This document shows, piece after piece, positions 13,125 through 26,204 of a stretch of DNA of 64,000 bases. The notes under the pieces were generated by a model, which was given only the letters and a program-made list of their open reading frames with translations, searched no databases and had not been told where the DNA came from. Origin of the DNA: Vicugna vicugna (taxonomy: Eukaryota); the NCBI GenBank assembly GCA_013265495.1, contig MU058844.1, forward strand, positions 7,315,260-7,379,259, in the 5' to 3' direction. Position 1 is the stretch's first letter, and each line of letters begins with the position of its first letter. A program made the translations under genes and the position numbers.

Positions 13125-13700
13125 CCATTCCTGTATTCTAAAAATCTATATTGATACCTTCAATATGTCCTATGTACCAAACTAGGCCCTAGGGAAATCA
13201 TGGTGAATGCAACGTTCTGTAAGGAGAATGGAATTCACAGTCTGGTGAAAGAGCTGCGGGTATCGCTCAAGGGTAGAGCATTTGACTGCACAATCTGGTG
13301 AAAGAAACAAACACTAAACAAGTGAACAAATTCACAAGTAAGCATTGCCAATTGTTTAAAGTCCTCTGAAGAAATAATAATAGCTTAGTAAGAAGAATAA
13401 AGTGATTGAGAATATGAGGTAGTCAGGGAAATATTTGTCTACTTAAAATAATAACCAAAAAAAGTTATGAAAAGAACTGGAGGGAGACCACTGAAGGTAG
13501 AGTCAAAAAGCATCTGATACAGGAAAGGGCTTGACATATTCAACCATGAGACAAAGAATGGTGTGCATACAGCAAAGAAAGTGGGAAGAGGGAAGGGAAG
13601 GGAAGGGCCAGTCCAGGCAGAGGATTGTAGGAGCTGATAAGTAGTTTGGATTTTTCTGAATTCACCATAGGAAGACATGATGTGTTTTAAGAAAAACAAA
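13125..13700 (-). mobile_element. L2 LINE 3' fragment
   Basis: Reverse L2 tail pattern ('cctatgtaccaaactaggccctagggaaatcatggtgaa...ggaattcacagtctggtg', 'ggaagggccagtccaggcagaggattgtagg'). Confidence 0.6.
13253..13290 (+). pseudogene. Tailless retropseudogene of the 5' half of tRNA-Cys(GCA)
   Basis: 13256-13290 'gcgggtatcgctcaagggtagagcatttgactgca' matches 32/35 nt of the recalled tRNA-Cys 5' half GGGGGTATAGCTCAGGGGTAGAGCATTTGACTGCA. It is flanked by 17-bp direct repeats cacagtctggtgaaaga (13236-13252) and cacaatctggtgaaaga (13289-13305), with no poly(A). Confidence 0.85.
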
Positions 13701-14079
13701 TGTCTATGGTATTATTTTAATTTTTTGCATTTGATATATAACAAAATATTTTGACAGTGTATCTTATATAATAATACATGCACTTAAAAAGCAGTACTTA
13801 CCTTTGCCCATAAAACTTAAAATATATACTCACAATTTGCAAAAAGGCTTGTGACTTACAATTTTAATAATTTCCAAGTGAGCTTGTGTTACTACATCTT
13901 AATATTTTAAGTAACAGCTCATTAAGGATGCTCAAAAATAAATAGGAAATTTTCAATACAGTGTTCCAGAATACTCATTTTTAAATTCACTTCTGTAAAA
14001 TGATTTTGTCCATGGATGTCTTTTATAAAATAAGCCCTGAATTTTCAATGAAATGATGTCTTCTGTTTACTGCATAGCA

Positions 14080-17000
14080 TTATTCTGTAAAGAAAAACTT
14101 TTCCTATGTCCCTTTCTTACTATTTAAGTATTATTTTGTTTTAGTCTAAGTGTGGACTTGTATATTCTTTTTTGGAAATTGGTATGTTAGAATCTGTGTC
14201 ATTATTCATTTGAAGCTCATTTATGGCCAGTGGGAGCTGTTTAATCTGTCTCCTGTGGATTTTTTCCAAATTTCCATTAGTTTGGAGCATTTCCTTACTT
14301 TTTGGACAATTACATATTTCAGTTTACTTAGAAATCCTCTTGTCCCAGAATGATAACCAATCATTTCTACAAGAAACACTAGTTTTTCCATTTTTTTCAA
14401 TAGGGAATAGTGTCTAGAGTGGGCATGAAACATGGTCATTGCTAACAAGGAATCAACTTCTCTGTCTCTTAGTAATGACAACCTCAATGCCTTTAATTCC
14501 AGTTCAGCATCTTAGTTCAACTTCATTCTTCCTCTCCTCTTCTTTCCCCATTCCATATTTGTATCTCTCCTCACCCAGAGTAAGAACAGATTGTTATTTA
14601 CTTATTACCCCTATAAGCAAGTTTACTTTGATATTTTGATCACTTTCAACCCACCTCCTGTATTTTCACTAGTTTCATAAATTTACTGTTCCTATATAAA
14701 ATTCTTCAAAAGATAGCCTTATTTTCATTTCTTACATAAAATGTAACATATTGTATATACTGTTAGACCTTGTTTTTTCATTTATAGCCTAGAAAGCATA
14801 CTATGTAATTCACAGAGATTTTTCTTATATTTTTTAAGCTACATAGTATTCTCATTAGAACATAACAAAAACACATGCACAAAGGTATTCATAAATACAA
14901 TTTTAATAGTAAAACACTTTATAAAGATGTATCTCTTTTTTTCAGGCAATAACCTATGTACACTGTTAGATTATTTCCAGCATGTTACTATTAAAATTGT
15001 ATTTGTGGATGCATTTGTGTATGAATTTTTATTGTTGATATTATGTCAGTTTTTATTTTCCAGTTAGTGAGTGTGTGTCTTCAGGATAAATTCCTAAAAG
15101 TGTGATTGCTGGGCAAAAGGCCAAAACAAATTTGTTTCATAAGATTTTTCCAAATTCTCTTCATAGAGATTGTACTATTGTCCATATACAATATATGAAA
15201 TTGCTTTACCCTCATAGTCTTGTCAGTCTTGCCTTATTTAATGAAGCTTTTGGAATTTTGCCAATTTATAAAAGGTAGGAAAAATAGCTATCTCAAAGTA
15301 GTTTTAATTTATATTTATCTTAGTATAAGTGACATCAGGCAACTTTACATATAATTTACATACCTTTTAGGGGCAGTTATGGCTGTTTATTTCTTTTGTC
15401 TATTTCTCTAATACATATTTCATCTTCAGTCCCTCAGTTATCTTGATGCTGTTTATTTTTATTTTGAACTATAATTTGTACATTATGAAATTCACACATC
15501 TTCCCTACTAACTTTGAGAAGACTTGAGGAATATATACTGAAGTAACTACACTGCAATGAAGATGAAGAACATTTCCAACATTCCAGACGGTCCTCTCAT
15601 GCTCATTTCCAATCAGTGCCAAACATCTGCTCTCCACAGCAAACTCTGTTTTGATTTTAAGTAGCATATGTTACATTTGTATACTCTTAAATTGCATATG
15701 AATAGAATCACATTGTATAAATCTTTTGTTTGAGCTCAACACTTCCCCCTTGAGTTTCATCTTTGTTGTCGCATGATGTGTCTATGATCAGTAGTTCTTT
15801 CTTTTTATTGTTGACTGGTAGTCTAAAATCAGCTTATCCATTCCTGTTGATTGTTTCCAAATTTGGGGGATTGTAAATTAGCTACTATGAACATTTTCAT
15901 ACAAATCTTTTTTGAGCATATACTTTTATTTCTCTTTGATAAATACTTATGGTAGCAGGTATAAGAAATTCATAAGAAAATGTTGAACTATTTTTCCAAA
16001 GTGATTATGTTATTTAACTCTCAAGCCATGTATAAAATTTCTGATTTTTCCACATCCTTGCCAAAATTTTGATTTCAGTTGTTTTTCATTTTAGCCATTA
16101 TAAAGAATGATGTTCAGGGAAGGGTATAGCTCAGTGGTAGAGTTTGTGCCTTGCATGCACAAGGTCCTACGTTCAATCCTCAGTACCTCCATTAAAAATA
16201 AGTAAGTAAAATAAAGCTAATTACCTCCCCCCCAAAAAATTAATTAAAAAAATTTTTTTTAAAAAGAATGATGGTCATATCGCATTGTGGTTTCATATTT
16301 TATTTCCATTATAACTAATTATTTTGAGAAGCTTTTTGAGAACTAATTGGCCATTTGCATATCTTTTGTTTTTTGTAAAATGTATGCTCAAATTTCCACC
16401 TTCTTATGTTACATTACTTTAGTTATTTATTTCTAGTTTTTTTAAATATATTCTGAATATTATTCCTTTACCTGGCACATGCACTGCCAATATTTTCTCT
16501 AAGTCTGTGGCTTGTTCTTTCAGTTTCTAAAAGGTATATTTTGATGTAGAGAAAAGTTTAATTTTGCTAAAGTTCAATATGTCACTTTTATTTCTTTTTT
16601 CATTAGTGTTTTTTATCTCAAAAGTACTTTCCTACCACAAGGATAAAAATATTCTTCTCACTTTTCTTTATAAATCTTCATAATTTTAGCTTTTTTTGAT
16701 TAAGCTTATGATCGATCTTAAATTAATTTTTGATATGATGAAAGTTTGGAGTCAAGACTCTTTTTTCCCTGCTTCTACAGTTGTTCAGGAACAATTTTTT
16801 CCTAAATAATTTTCTTTCCCAATTAAATTTCTTTGGAGCCTTTGAAGAAGGTTAATTGACCATACATGCATGGGTCTCTTTCCAGCCTCTATTTTGTTCC
16901 TTTGTTCTAGCTCTATGTGCTTATGCCAATACCATACTTTCTTGATTACTGTAGATTTTTACTAAGTCTTGAACCCAGGAAATGCAAGTTTACTAACTTT

Positions 17001-17900
17001 TCATTTTCAATATTGTTTTGCCTTTTTTAAGTATTTACGATACCTTATAAATTTTACAGTGAGCCTATCAGTTTCAAAAAATTCAAGGATTTTGTTCAGA
17101 CCAAGGTTAATTTATAGATCAACTTGAGAAATGTTGGTATATAAATAATGAGTCTTATAATTCATGACCATGTATGTTTTCTCATTTATTTATCTCTTCT
17201 TTAATGTCTCTTGTAGTTTTCAGCGTAGAGATTTTGTATATTTGTTAACTTTATTCCTAAGGGTGTTGTTTTTGGTTATATATTTAACATTCATTTTTGA
17301 GATTTTTATCTTATTATGTGTTGCTCTTGTAGCAATGTAATTGACATATTGACTTTGTATTATGCAACCCTGATCAATGCACTTACTAATTTTACATATG
17401 AATACATTGCTTAGAATTTTCTACATATAGAATTAGGTCTTCTGCAAATAAGTGTATTTCAGCAAGAACTACCTAGGTAACCTGCTACTGAAATCATAGT
17501 CCATTCTTTTGGGTTTTAAGTACATGATCATATTCTACTTATGGAATACCCTTTAACTCTACCCATGGTGTTTCAGCCCCTTGTATAAAATTATTTCTGC
17601 TTCTAGTTTTTTGTTTATTTGTTTTGATCTGGTTGCACTTATTAGAACCCTCAGTTCAGTGTTCAAGAATAAAACATATTTGTTATATCCTTATGTGATT
17701 GTGTTACTTCCAATATTTTATCATAAAGTAGACCATTTATTTCTATGATTATCCCATATTTATTTTTTTTATTTAAACAGGTTCATTTATTCCTAGTTTC
17801 ATAATATTTTAACATGAATTGTGGGTTGAATTTTTAAATTATTTTAGAAATTTATTTGGTTGTCACATCATAATATCTACTATGTTTTACTATTAATACT
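14080..17900 (-). mobile_element. Cluster of nested, decayed LINE-1 3' ends/ORF2 on the minus strand
   Basis: T-rich reverse-L1 motifs throughout ('tttttccaaagtgattatgttattt', 'tatgccaataccatactttcttgattactgtag', 'gtcttctgcaaataag'). Probably more than one element. Confidence 0.7.
16117..16262 (+). mobile_element. Camelid tRNA-derived SINE (Vic-1 type)
   Basis: Head 'gggaagggtatagctcagtggtagag...gtcctacgttcaatcctcagtacctcc' with Pol III A- and B-box-like motifs and an AT-rich tail. TSD aaagaatgatgttca (16102-16116) / aaagaatgatggtca (16263-16277). Confidence 0.85.
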
Positions 17901-18026
17901 GATCTTGGGTTCTGAGTGATAACTCACCAGAAAGAATAGGTTTCACACAATACTACGTATATTTTTATTTTCTTTTTTTTCTAAACACTTTTTGAGGTAT
18001 AATTAATATACAAAAAAACTGCACAG

Positions 18027-21000
18027 GGACTTTTACTTTCCAGTTATGTATGTAAGTCATCACTCCATCTTAACAAGTAAAAAGCTGAAAAAGCTAAAAA
18101 AAAAAAAAAACAACTCTTTCAGGATCTGTAAGAAAAGTGAGGACACAGGGCAAACCACAGACCCCCAGATTGGCAAAACAGACAGGAGAGACTCATGAGA
18201 GAAAATTACTCTGGGAACCAACACCAGAGTAGGAAAATCTGCACTGTAGTTGACTGAGTAATGGCTGCGTTTCACTGTGAACAATTCTGAGAGTTAAACA
18301 CTCCAAAAAAGACTCAGTCACAGGGAGGACCCCCCACCCCCACCCCAGTTTTGTGAGATTTGCCTCCAGGAGCTTGATCGGGTTCTCAAAGTAAGTTTTG
18401 GAGAAAAGTTACCTCATGCTTCTAGCAGGTGGAAGAGAATAGGTACCATTTTTAAATATGCCAGAGCACTCTTTTACTCTTAACAAGGCCTGCCCTTAGG
18501 AGAAACTAGTTAATCAGAGCCTAACCTGCTGGAGTATTATCACAGCCTAACTAACCTGAGGGAAGGCAAATTTTCAACTCCAGCACACTCTAGACATCCT
18601 GTCCCATCTAAGGGGAGAGGAAAAAAAAAAAAAAAAAACCCTTACAAACACTGGTGAAGTTTACATTCCAGAGGCATAGGCTCACTAAAAGACTGAGACC
18701 TAATTAAAGGACTATAGGACACTTCCCCTCTCCTCTCCCCTATACACTTCATTACTAAAGGTTTATTTACAACAATTCCTTCACGTGATGTATCCTGCCC
18801 AGCTATCAAGACAAAATCACGAGGCATACTAAAAAAGCAAACCACACAATTTGAAGATATAAAGCAAGCATCAAAACCAGATATGGTAGGGGTATTAGAA
18901 TATCAGACTGGGGATTTAAAACAACTATGATTAAGATGCTAAGAGCTCTAATGGATAAAGTAGACAGCATGCATGCAAAAACAGATGAGCAACATGAGCA
19001 AGGAGCTGGAAATCCTAAGAAAGAACTGAAAATAAATTCTTGAAATCAAAAACACTGTAACAAAATGAAGAACAACTTTATTAGTAGACAGTGGAGGAGA
19101 TAAATCTCTGAGCTTGAACATATCACAATAGAAACCTCCAAAACTGAAAAGCAAAGAAAAAAGACAACAACAACGACAACGACAACAACAGCAAAACCCC
19201 CTAATATTCAAGGACTGTAGCACAACTGTAAAACGTGTTACACACATAACGGGAGAACCAGGAAGAGAAGAAAGAGAAAAAGAAACATAAGAAATATATG
19301 AAACAAGAAGATGAGAATTTTCCAAAATTAATGTTAGGTAACAGACCCAGTAAGTTCAGAAGACACATTATGATAAATGCCAAAAAAGACTAGACCTAGG
19401 CATACTGTTTCAAACTACAGAAGATAAAAGATAAAGAAAAAACCTTGAAGAAATCCAGAGGGAAAAAGGAACAAAGACAAGAATTACTTTCAACCTCTCC
19501 TCAGAAATCCTGCAAGCAAGAAGACAGTGATGTAATCTAGTTAGTATTGAGGGGGAAAAACGACCAACCTAGAAATTTGTACCCTGCAAAATTAGCCTTC
19601 AAAAATAAGAGAGAAACAAATGCTTTCTCAGACAAAGAAAAATTGAAATAGTTTGTTGCTAATAGAACAGCCTTTCAAGCAATGTTAAAAGAAGTATTTT
19701 AAAGAGAAGGAAAATAATAGAGGTCATAAACTCAAAGCTACATAAAGGAAGGAAGAATATTGAATAAGGAAGAAGTGAATATAAATAAAACCTTGTAACT
19801 TTCTTATTCTTAATTGATCTATTAATAATATGTTTGACTATATATAATTATATACATATCATACATATTATATGTGCATATATAGGTAAAATAAATGACA
19901 ATGATACAAGGAATAAGAGGAAGCAATTAGGATTCTTTTTTAATAATAAAGTACTCACTCTACTTGTGAAGTCGTGTAGTGTTATTTGAAAGTGGACTTG
20001 AATGAATTGTAAATGTATTTTGGAAATTCTAGGGAAACCTTTTAAAAAGTTAAATATATATATTTGTATATGTGTGTGTGTTTGTATATATGTATATATA
20101 TATATTACTGATTTGCTAAGAAAGGAGAAAAATGTGAATCACACAAAATCTCCAAAAAGGCAGAAAAAGAATGGAAGGAAAAAACAGGAACAGAGAATAG
20201 GGCAACAAATATAAAACAGTTACAAATATGGTAAATATTATTCAACTATATAAATAATCTTGTTGAACTTCACAGATCTAAATGCACCAATTAGAAGACA
20301 GAGATTATCAGAGTGGATCAAAAAACAAGATCCAAATATATGTTGTCTACAAGAAACCTACTTTAAATATAAAGACCGACATAGGTTAAAAGTAAATGGA
20401 TGAGAAAGATATAACATGCTAATATTAATCAAAATAAAGCAGGAATATCTGTATTAACTTCAGACAGAGAAGACTTAAAAGAAAGGAAATGTATCACGGA
20501 TAAAAAAGGGCATGGCATAGTGATGAAGTGGTCAGTTCTCCAAGAAGGTATAACATTTATACCTAAATTAAAGCATCAAACTACATGAGGCAAAAGCTGA
20601 GAAAACTTTAAGGGTAAAAAATTAATCCTCTATCACAGTTGGAGTGTTCAATACCCTTCTATCAAAAGTGGACAGATTGAACAGGCAGAAAATCAGGAAA
20701 GACGTAGCTGAACTCAATAACACCATCAATTATCTAAATATAATTGATGTCTATAGACTAATTTATCCAACAAGAGCAGAATACACATTCTTCTCAAACT
20801 CAAATAGAACAATACAACAAGACAGAACATATTATAGGCCATAAAAATGAACAAACAAATTTAAAAGGATAGAAATCATACAATATCTGCTCTTAAACCA
20901 CAATGAAATTAAAGTAGAAATCAATAACAGAAAGGTCACTGGAAAATCCAAAAGTGTGTGGAGATTAAACAACATGCTTCTAAATAACACAAGTCAAAGA

Positions 21001-21886
21001 AGAAATCTTAAAGAGACATTTAAAAATATTTGGACTAAATAAAAATAACACAACTTATAGAAGTTTTGGGAATGTGCCAAAAGCAGTGCACAGATGGACA
21101 TTTTGAGCATTAAATGCATATATTAGGAAAAAAGAAAGAGCTAAAATTATAATCTAAACTTTATTTTAGGAAACTAGAAAAAGAGGAACACATTAAATTC
21201 AAAGTAAGCAGAAAAAAAGAAATAAAAAGAGAACAGAAATCAATAAAATTGAAAACAAGAAGCCAACAGAGAAAATCAATGAAACCAAAATGTGATTCAT
21301 TGAAAAGATCAATACATTGGCAAGCCTTTAGCCAGGGTAAGTAAGAAAAAAAAAAGAGAGAGAGAGAGAATACAAACATTTCAACTATTGAAATGAAGGA
21401 AGGAACATCACTATAGATCCCATGGATGTTAAAAAGATAATAATGGAATGCTACTAACAACTCAATGCCTAAAAATTTGATGACTTAGATGAGATGGGTC
21501 AATTCCTTGAAAAGCACAAGCCACCAAGACTCAGACATGAATAAAGAGGTAATCTGATTGGGTCTATGTCTATTAAAGAATCTGAATCAATAATCGATAA
21601 CCTCCCCAAATGGAAAGTACCAGGACTGGATAGGCTCACTGGTGAATTCTACCAAACATTTAAGGAAAATTTTATATCAATTCTCTACAATCTCTTTCTG
21701 AGAATAGATGCAGAGGTACTACTTCCAAATGTATTCTGTCTAAATGTCACTCTAATAGCAAAACCAGGCAAAGACATTAAAAGAAAAGAAAACTATAAAC
21801 CAATACCTCTTATAAACATAGATGCAAAAATCTTCAACAGAGTTATAGCAAATCAAATCTAACAATATATAAAATGAATTATATCA
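18027..21886 (+). mobile_element. Old LINE-1 (L1MC-like): 5' UTR, ORF1 and ORF2 to the start of RT
   Basis: ORF1 C-terminal motif ('caacctagaaatttgtaccctgcaaaattagccttc', QPRILYPAKLSF-like, ~19565) followed by ORF2 EN and RT remnants. Many stops and frameshifts. Confidence 0.9.
20228..21886 (+). pseudogene. Disabled LINE-1 ORF2 (APE endonuclease to start of reverse transcriptase)
   Basis: Translates to 'LNAPIRRQRLSEWIKKQDPNICCLQETYFKYKD' (EN). ORF 20644-20844 has 'DVYRLIYPTRAEYTFFS'. ORF 21566-21862 has 'PGLDRLTGEFYQTFKE...LIAKPGKD...ENYKPIPLINIDAKIFNRVIANQI'. Confidence 0.92.
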
Positions 21887-22188
21887 AAACAGAAATGGAT
21901 TCACAGACATAGTAAACAATCTTATGGTTACTGGAGAAAGGGGGTGGGAAGGAATAAATTTGGGAGTTTGAGATTTACAAATGTTAGCCACTATATATAA
22001 AAATAGATTTTTTAAAAATTTGTTTTGTATAACACAGGGAACTATGTTTAGTATCTTGTAATAACCTTTAATGAAAAAAATATGAGAATGAATATGTGTA
22101 TGTATATGCCTGACTGGGACATTGTGCTGTACACCAGAAATTAACACTTTGTAATTGACTATACTTCAATCAAAAAAAAAAAAAAAAA
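21887..22188 (+). mobile_element. Younger 5'-truncated LINE-1 3' UTR with poly(A)
   Basis: 'cacagggaactatgtttagtatcttgtaataacc...tgctgtacaccagaaattaacac...actatacttcaatc' followed by an A-tract. Candidate TSD aaaatgaattatatca (21871-21886) / aaaaagagttacatca (22184-22199). Confidence 0.85.
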
Positions 22189-22195
22189 GAGTTAC

Positions 22196-22430
22196 ATCAG
22201 TGGTTTCCAGGGACTGGAGAGTGGGGAAAGGTAAACAGGCAGAGGGTAGATGACTTCAAGGGCAGTGGCAATGCTCTGTAGGTTACTATAATGACGGATA
22301 CATGTCATTATACATTTGTATAAATTCACAGAATGTGTAACACTAAGAGTGAACCCTAATGTAAACCATGGACTTTGAGTGGTATTGCACTGTATGTTCA
22401 TCAATTGTAACAAATGTAGTACTCTGGTGT
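22196..22430 (+). mobile_element. L1MC1-like 3' UTR fragment
   Basis: 'ggatacatgtcattatacatttgt...agagtgaaccctaatgtaaaccatggactttg...gttcatcaattgtaacaaatgtagtactctggtg'. Confidence 0.8.
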
Positions 22431-22559
22431 AATACTCTAGTAATATTGTTATAATAATCTTATAATCCTGAAATAAATCTTACAATAATTTAAATTTTTT
22501 CTTATTAGTTCCTTTTAATACTGTATAGTTATTTTTGCAATGCAACTATTTATTTCTAC

Positions 22560-23300
22560 ATTTTGAGCACCTGTGTTCACAAGATTGGCCAGCAGTTTGG
22601 TGTGTTTGTTGGTACTCTTTTTCTTTTAGGAAAATTTATGTCAAGACGCTATAATCCTTGTAAACTGTGTTGGAAAGGTCCTCACTTTCCAAACCTCTCT
22701 CCTGCAGAATATTTTATGGGACAGAAGAATGATCTTCCTTAAATGCTTGCTAAAAACTTCTCTAAAACTGCCTTGGCACTGAATCTCTTTATAGTAGAAA
22801 ATTTACTATCTTTTTACAATCTACTGCAGTTATTGATCTCTTGAGGTACAATGCTTGTTTCTGAGCCAGTTTTAGAAATGTATATTTTTCCCAGAAAATT
22901 GACCATTTTGTCTATGTTGTCAAATTTATAGCTATAAAGTTGAACACAGTATTCGCTCTTTATACTTATTTATCTCTCTTCCTTAAATCTTTAGTTATGT
23001 GTTCTTTTTGTTCCCAGTCTTGCTAGTGTATGTGTTCACCCTTTATTTTCTAATCACAATTACCATAGATTTGCTGATTCAATGGTGTCTGTAAAGAATA
23101 GGCATTTTTAGTTAATGAATTATACAGTTGTTTTTCTAGTTCGTTAATTTTGGCTTTACCTATAACAATTACTTTCGTTTAATTTCTTATTGTCTTTCTT
23201 ATGTAAAAATAAGAACATGTAACACTATATATTTTCCTATGAGCACTCTTTTAGCCCTGTCCCAGTGCTTGCGTGTATGTTTGGTTCTTCTCTATTATAA
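22560..23300 (-). mobile_element. Decayed LINE-1 ORF2 fragment, minus strand
   Basis: 'tatatttttcccagaaaattgaccattttgtctatgttgtcaaatttatagc' and similar reverse-L1 motifs. Confidence 0.55.
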
Positions 23301-24886
23301 TATCAACTGCCTTAAGACATTTGGTTCTTGTTGGATCCATGCTTGTCCTATATTATTTATTTCTTATTATGTTAACTGAATTTTATATCTATTTATAACA
23401 GTCTTTTTGTGTGAAAGGATATGATGCTGCTGGGTCTCACTTGAATGATTTGGTAGGAGGTGAAGTTCAACCGTTGCTGTTTGAAATGAACCAGAGTCGC
23501 ATCTTCTGGGACAGGAATCCCATTGTTCCTCCCCAGTGTCATTAGCCATCTTGGGCATTGCTCTTTCTCTCTAGTGCTTTCTCTCACACTACTCATCGCT
23601 TCCAGCTTCTATTTTGTCTCTTTATGTTCCTTCAAATGAAGGATCCATTTCTTATCTTACATTGCAATTCTATATTGTAAATAGGTCAATTGATAGAGAT
23701 AGATGAGCTAGAGAGAGATGTGGGTATATGTGTGTATGTGCATATATACATAGTCTTGTCAGTGTTTATGTGTAGGTGTCTGTTTCCTTTTAATCAACTA
23801 TTAAATGCTGATGTTATAGATTTAGTGATAAATTTTGAGAATTGAGAAGCTCAATGTACCTAACACATTTAATTTATTTTCTATACTCTGAACCAATTGA
23901 ATGATAGAAATGGAGGGGTGGTCAACATATCAAATTTTAGAACTTCTAGATTATATACTTTAGGTACAAAACCACTATGATTGTATCATTGAATTAAACC
24001 AGCTTATCCAACCACTTCAAACAGTCAGTGCTAGAAAACCAATGTTTTTTCCTATGGTCTTAATTCAGGACCACTGATCTAAGTAAGATGATTTTAGTAA
24101 GAGTTGCTAACTTTTGTTAAATATGCATAATGATTTACATATATTACATATGTATTTTTTATAGTAACTAATTACATAGAAGTGATTTATTCAAGACTAT
24201 AGCAAATACATGGTCAAATGTGGATTAGGATACAAAAGCCTCACTCATACCATTGACTTTCTTTGCCCAAATAATAATTTTTTTTCAAATAAGTCAGTTT
24301 GTTTCAGTAATAATCTAGAATCAATAATTTCCTTGTTTGGATTATTGTAACAATTATGAAAAAGAAAGGGAAAGTATGAGGGGAATGTAGAACTCACATG
24401 GTGCTGTACAATAAAATGATTATAAAAATAACAAAAAAAGATGAGACAATGGCAGATGACTCTAAAGTCCTAACCCAAGATTTGGAGAAGACAGTGACAT
24501 TCTAAAAATAATTTGATAGTCACTAAGCATGACTCAGTTTGATATCAAACAAAATAAGCATTTGCCAGATCTTCTTACATTACTTGAGTTGTATAAAAAT
24601 AATGAAATGAGAAGAATGAAAAACAGAAGGAAAAAATACAGAACTAAGAGAGTATGGATTTTCAAGAAGTAGATGTTTAATAGTTAGGAGCCAAAGAATG
24701 ATCAAAGAAGATTCAAGTTTAAAATCCTATGGCATTTTTAAAGGAGTTCATTGGTAAGATTTGCTAGAACACATGAGACATCAAAACACTGCAAGGAATT
24801 AAGAGTCTTTGTGTGAAAAGTAGACAGTACCTTCCTGTTTCTCTTCCAAATATATGTAACAGAGGATATACTTTGGGTTATTTTTC

Positions 24887-24894
<8 letters not shown>

Positions 24895-24919
<25 letters not shown>

Positions 24920-24920
24920 A
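24895..24920. repeat. (TA)n microsatellite
   Basis: Direct observation of about 13 TA units. Confidence 0.95.
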
Positions 24921-26204
24921 GTTTTGAAAGAAGAAAGAAAGTGCTTCATGAGATTTCTGGGCACTTGATTTATAGCATATAAAGGATGCTGTGATTAATT
25001 ATCCCAAGTATGTATCAGTCCAACTGAAATATCCTTAAAAGCTAGAATAATCTCCATAATACTATCCATTTATTTAAAAATTTTATTGAGCACCTATATG
25101 TATAAGGTCTTGTGGAATCACCAAAGCAAATGTCATATTCTAAATTAAGAAGCAAGACTATGGAAGAGGTTTTCAAAGGGTTCTAATTTTTTTAATGCTT
25201 TTTCACTTTCACTCACATGGTAAAGTCTGAAAGTACCTGGAGTTGGAGGCTAGAATAGGACTTACCGACAAAGCTAGAGTTTACTCTAAGTTCCACTTCT
25301 ACCACCAGAGGATAGGGGAAATAAAGCTTTCAGAAAACTCAGTCATCTTGATTAATGCCTGTAAAGAGTGCACTGGCCTTTGAGTCCTATAGAGATATCT
25401 AAAGCGATAGTGATGATATCACTAGCAGCTTGGACACACAAGTGGTAGAAATAGAGCTGCTTTGGGTGACGTACCCTCCCAGAGCTTGTTGGGATAAAGC
25501 ACCTGTTTTTACCAAGGACCTGATGTGTGCCATGCCCTGAATGAGTTAGCATGGTTTTGTCTTGGACACTATCCAAAAAAACTATCTTGAGGTGTTAAAA
25601 TGACTTCAGATACTACTATGAACTTTATAGTGGAGCCAAGATCAAATGACTAAAATGTGCAGAGATGTATTTGCCCTGATCAAGGCATTTATAGATAACT
25701 GACTGCCAGCCCTGAGTGATGGGCAACATCCATAGAGTATTTTAAAAGAGAAAATCAAATTAAAATATTTTCAAGTTTGTGAGTTGAGTTTTAACTTTCC
25801 TCTACTCCTACATTTTCTCTTTCTCTATACCCCAACCCTGCAAAGATTAGAAACTTTTATTATTATGATAAGAAAGGGCAGACTACCCAGTTTTTATGAC
25901 TCCAGAAGACATCACTCCCATTAAACAAAATGTAGATGCTGTCTCAGGACGTACGCAGCATGGCAGCTCTGGATAGGAGACATAGAAGTGTTGTCCAGGA
26001 AAAGAGAAAAGTGAACCAGTCGTCTTTCTGGATAGACTTGAATGGGGTAGGATCGGGTGGTAATTCTGAATTTAAGACTGAAAATTTGGCAAACACACCT
26101 GACTAAACTTTCAAATGACTGACCAGAGACTGCGTTTTATGCTTCGGAGTCACCAGATACTTTGTTACCTAAGTGTTGCCGCGAGAGTCATGGGTTTTAG
26201 CAGA

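Noticed and set aside
13256..13290. Functional tRNA-Cys gene
   Set aside because: Only the 5' half is present; there is no T arm, B-box or 3' acceptor strand.
16117..16190. Functional tRNA gene
   Set aside because: The acceptor and T stems pair imperfectly, and a SINE body, tail and TSD follow. It is a SINE head.
18027..22430. Active full-length L1
   Set aside because: Numerous stops and frameshifts, most of RT deleted, and interrupted by another insertion.
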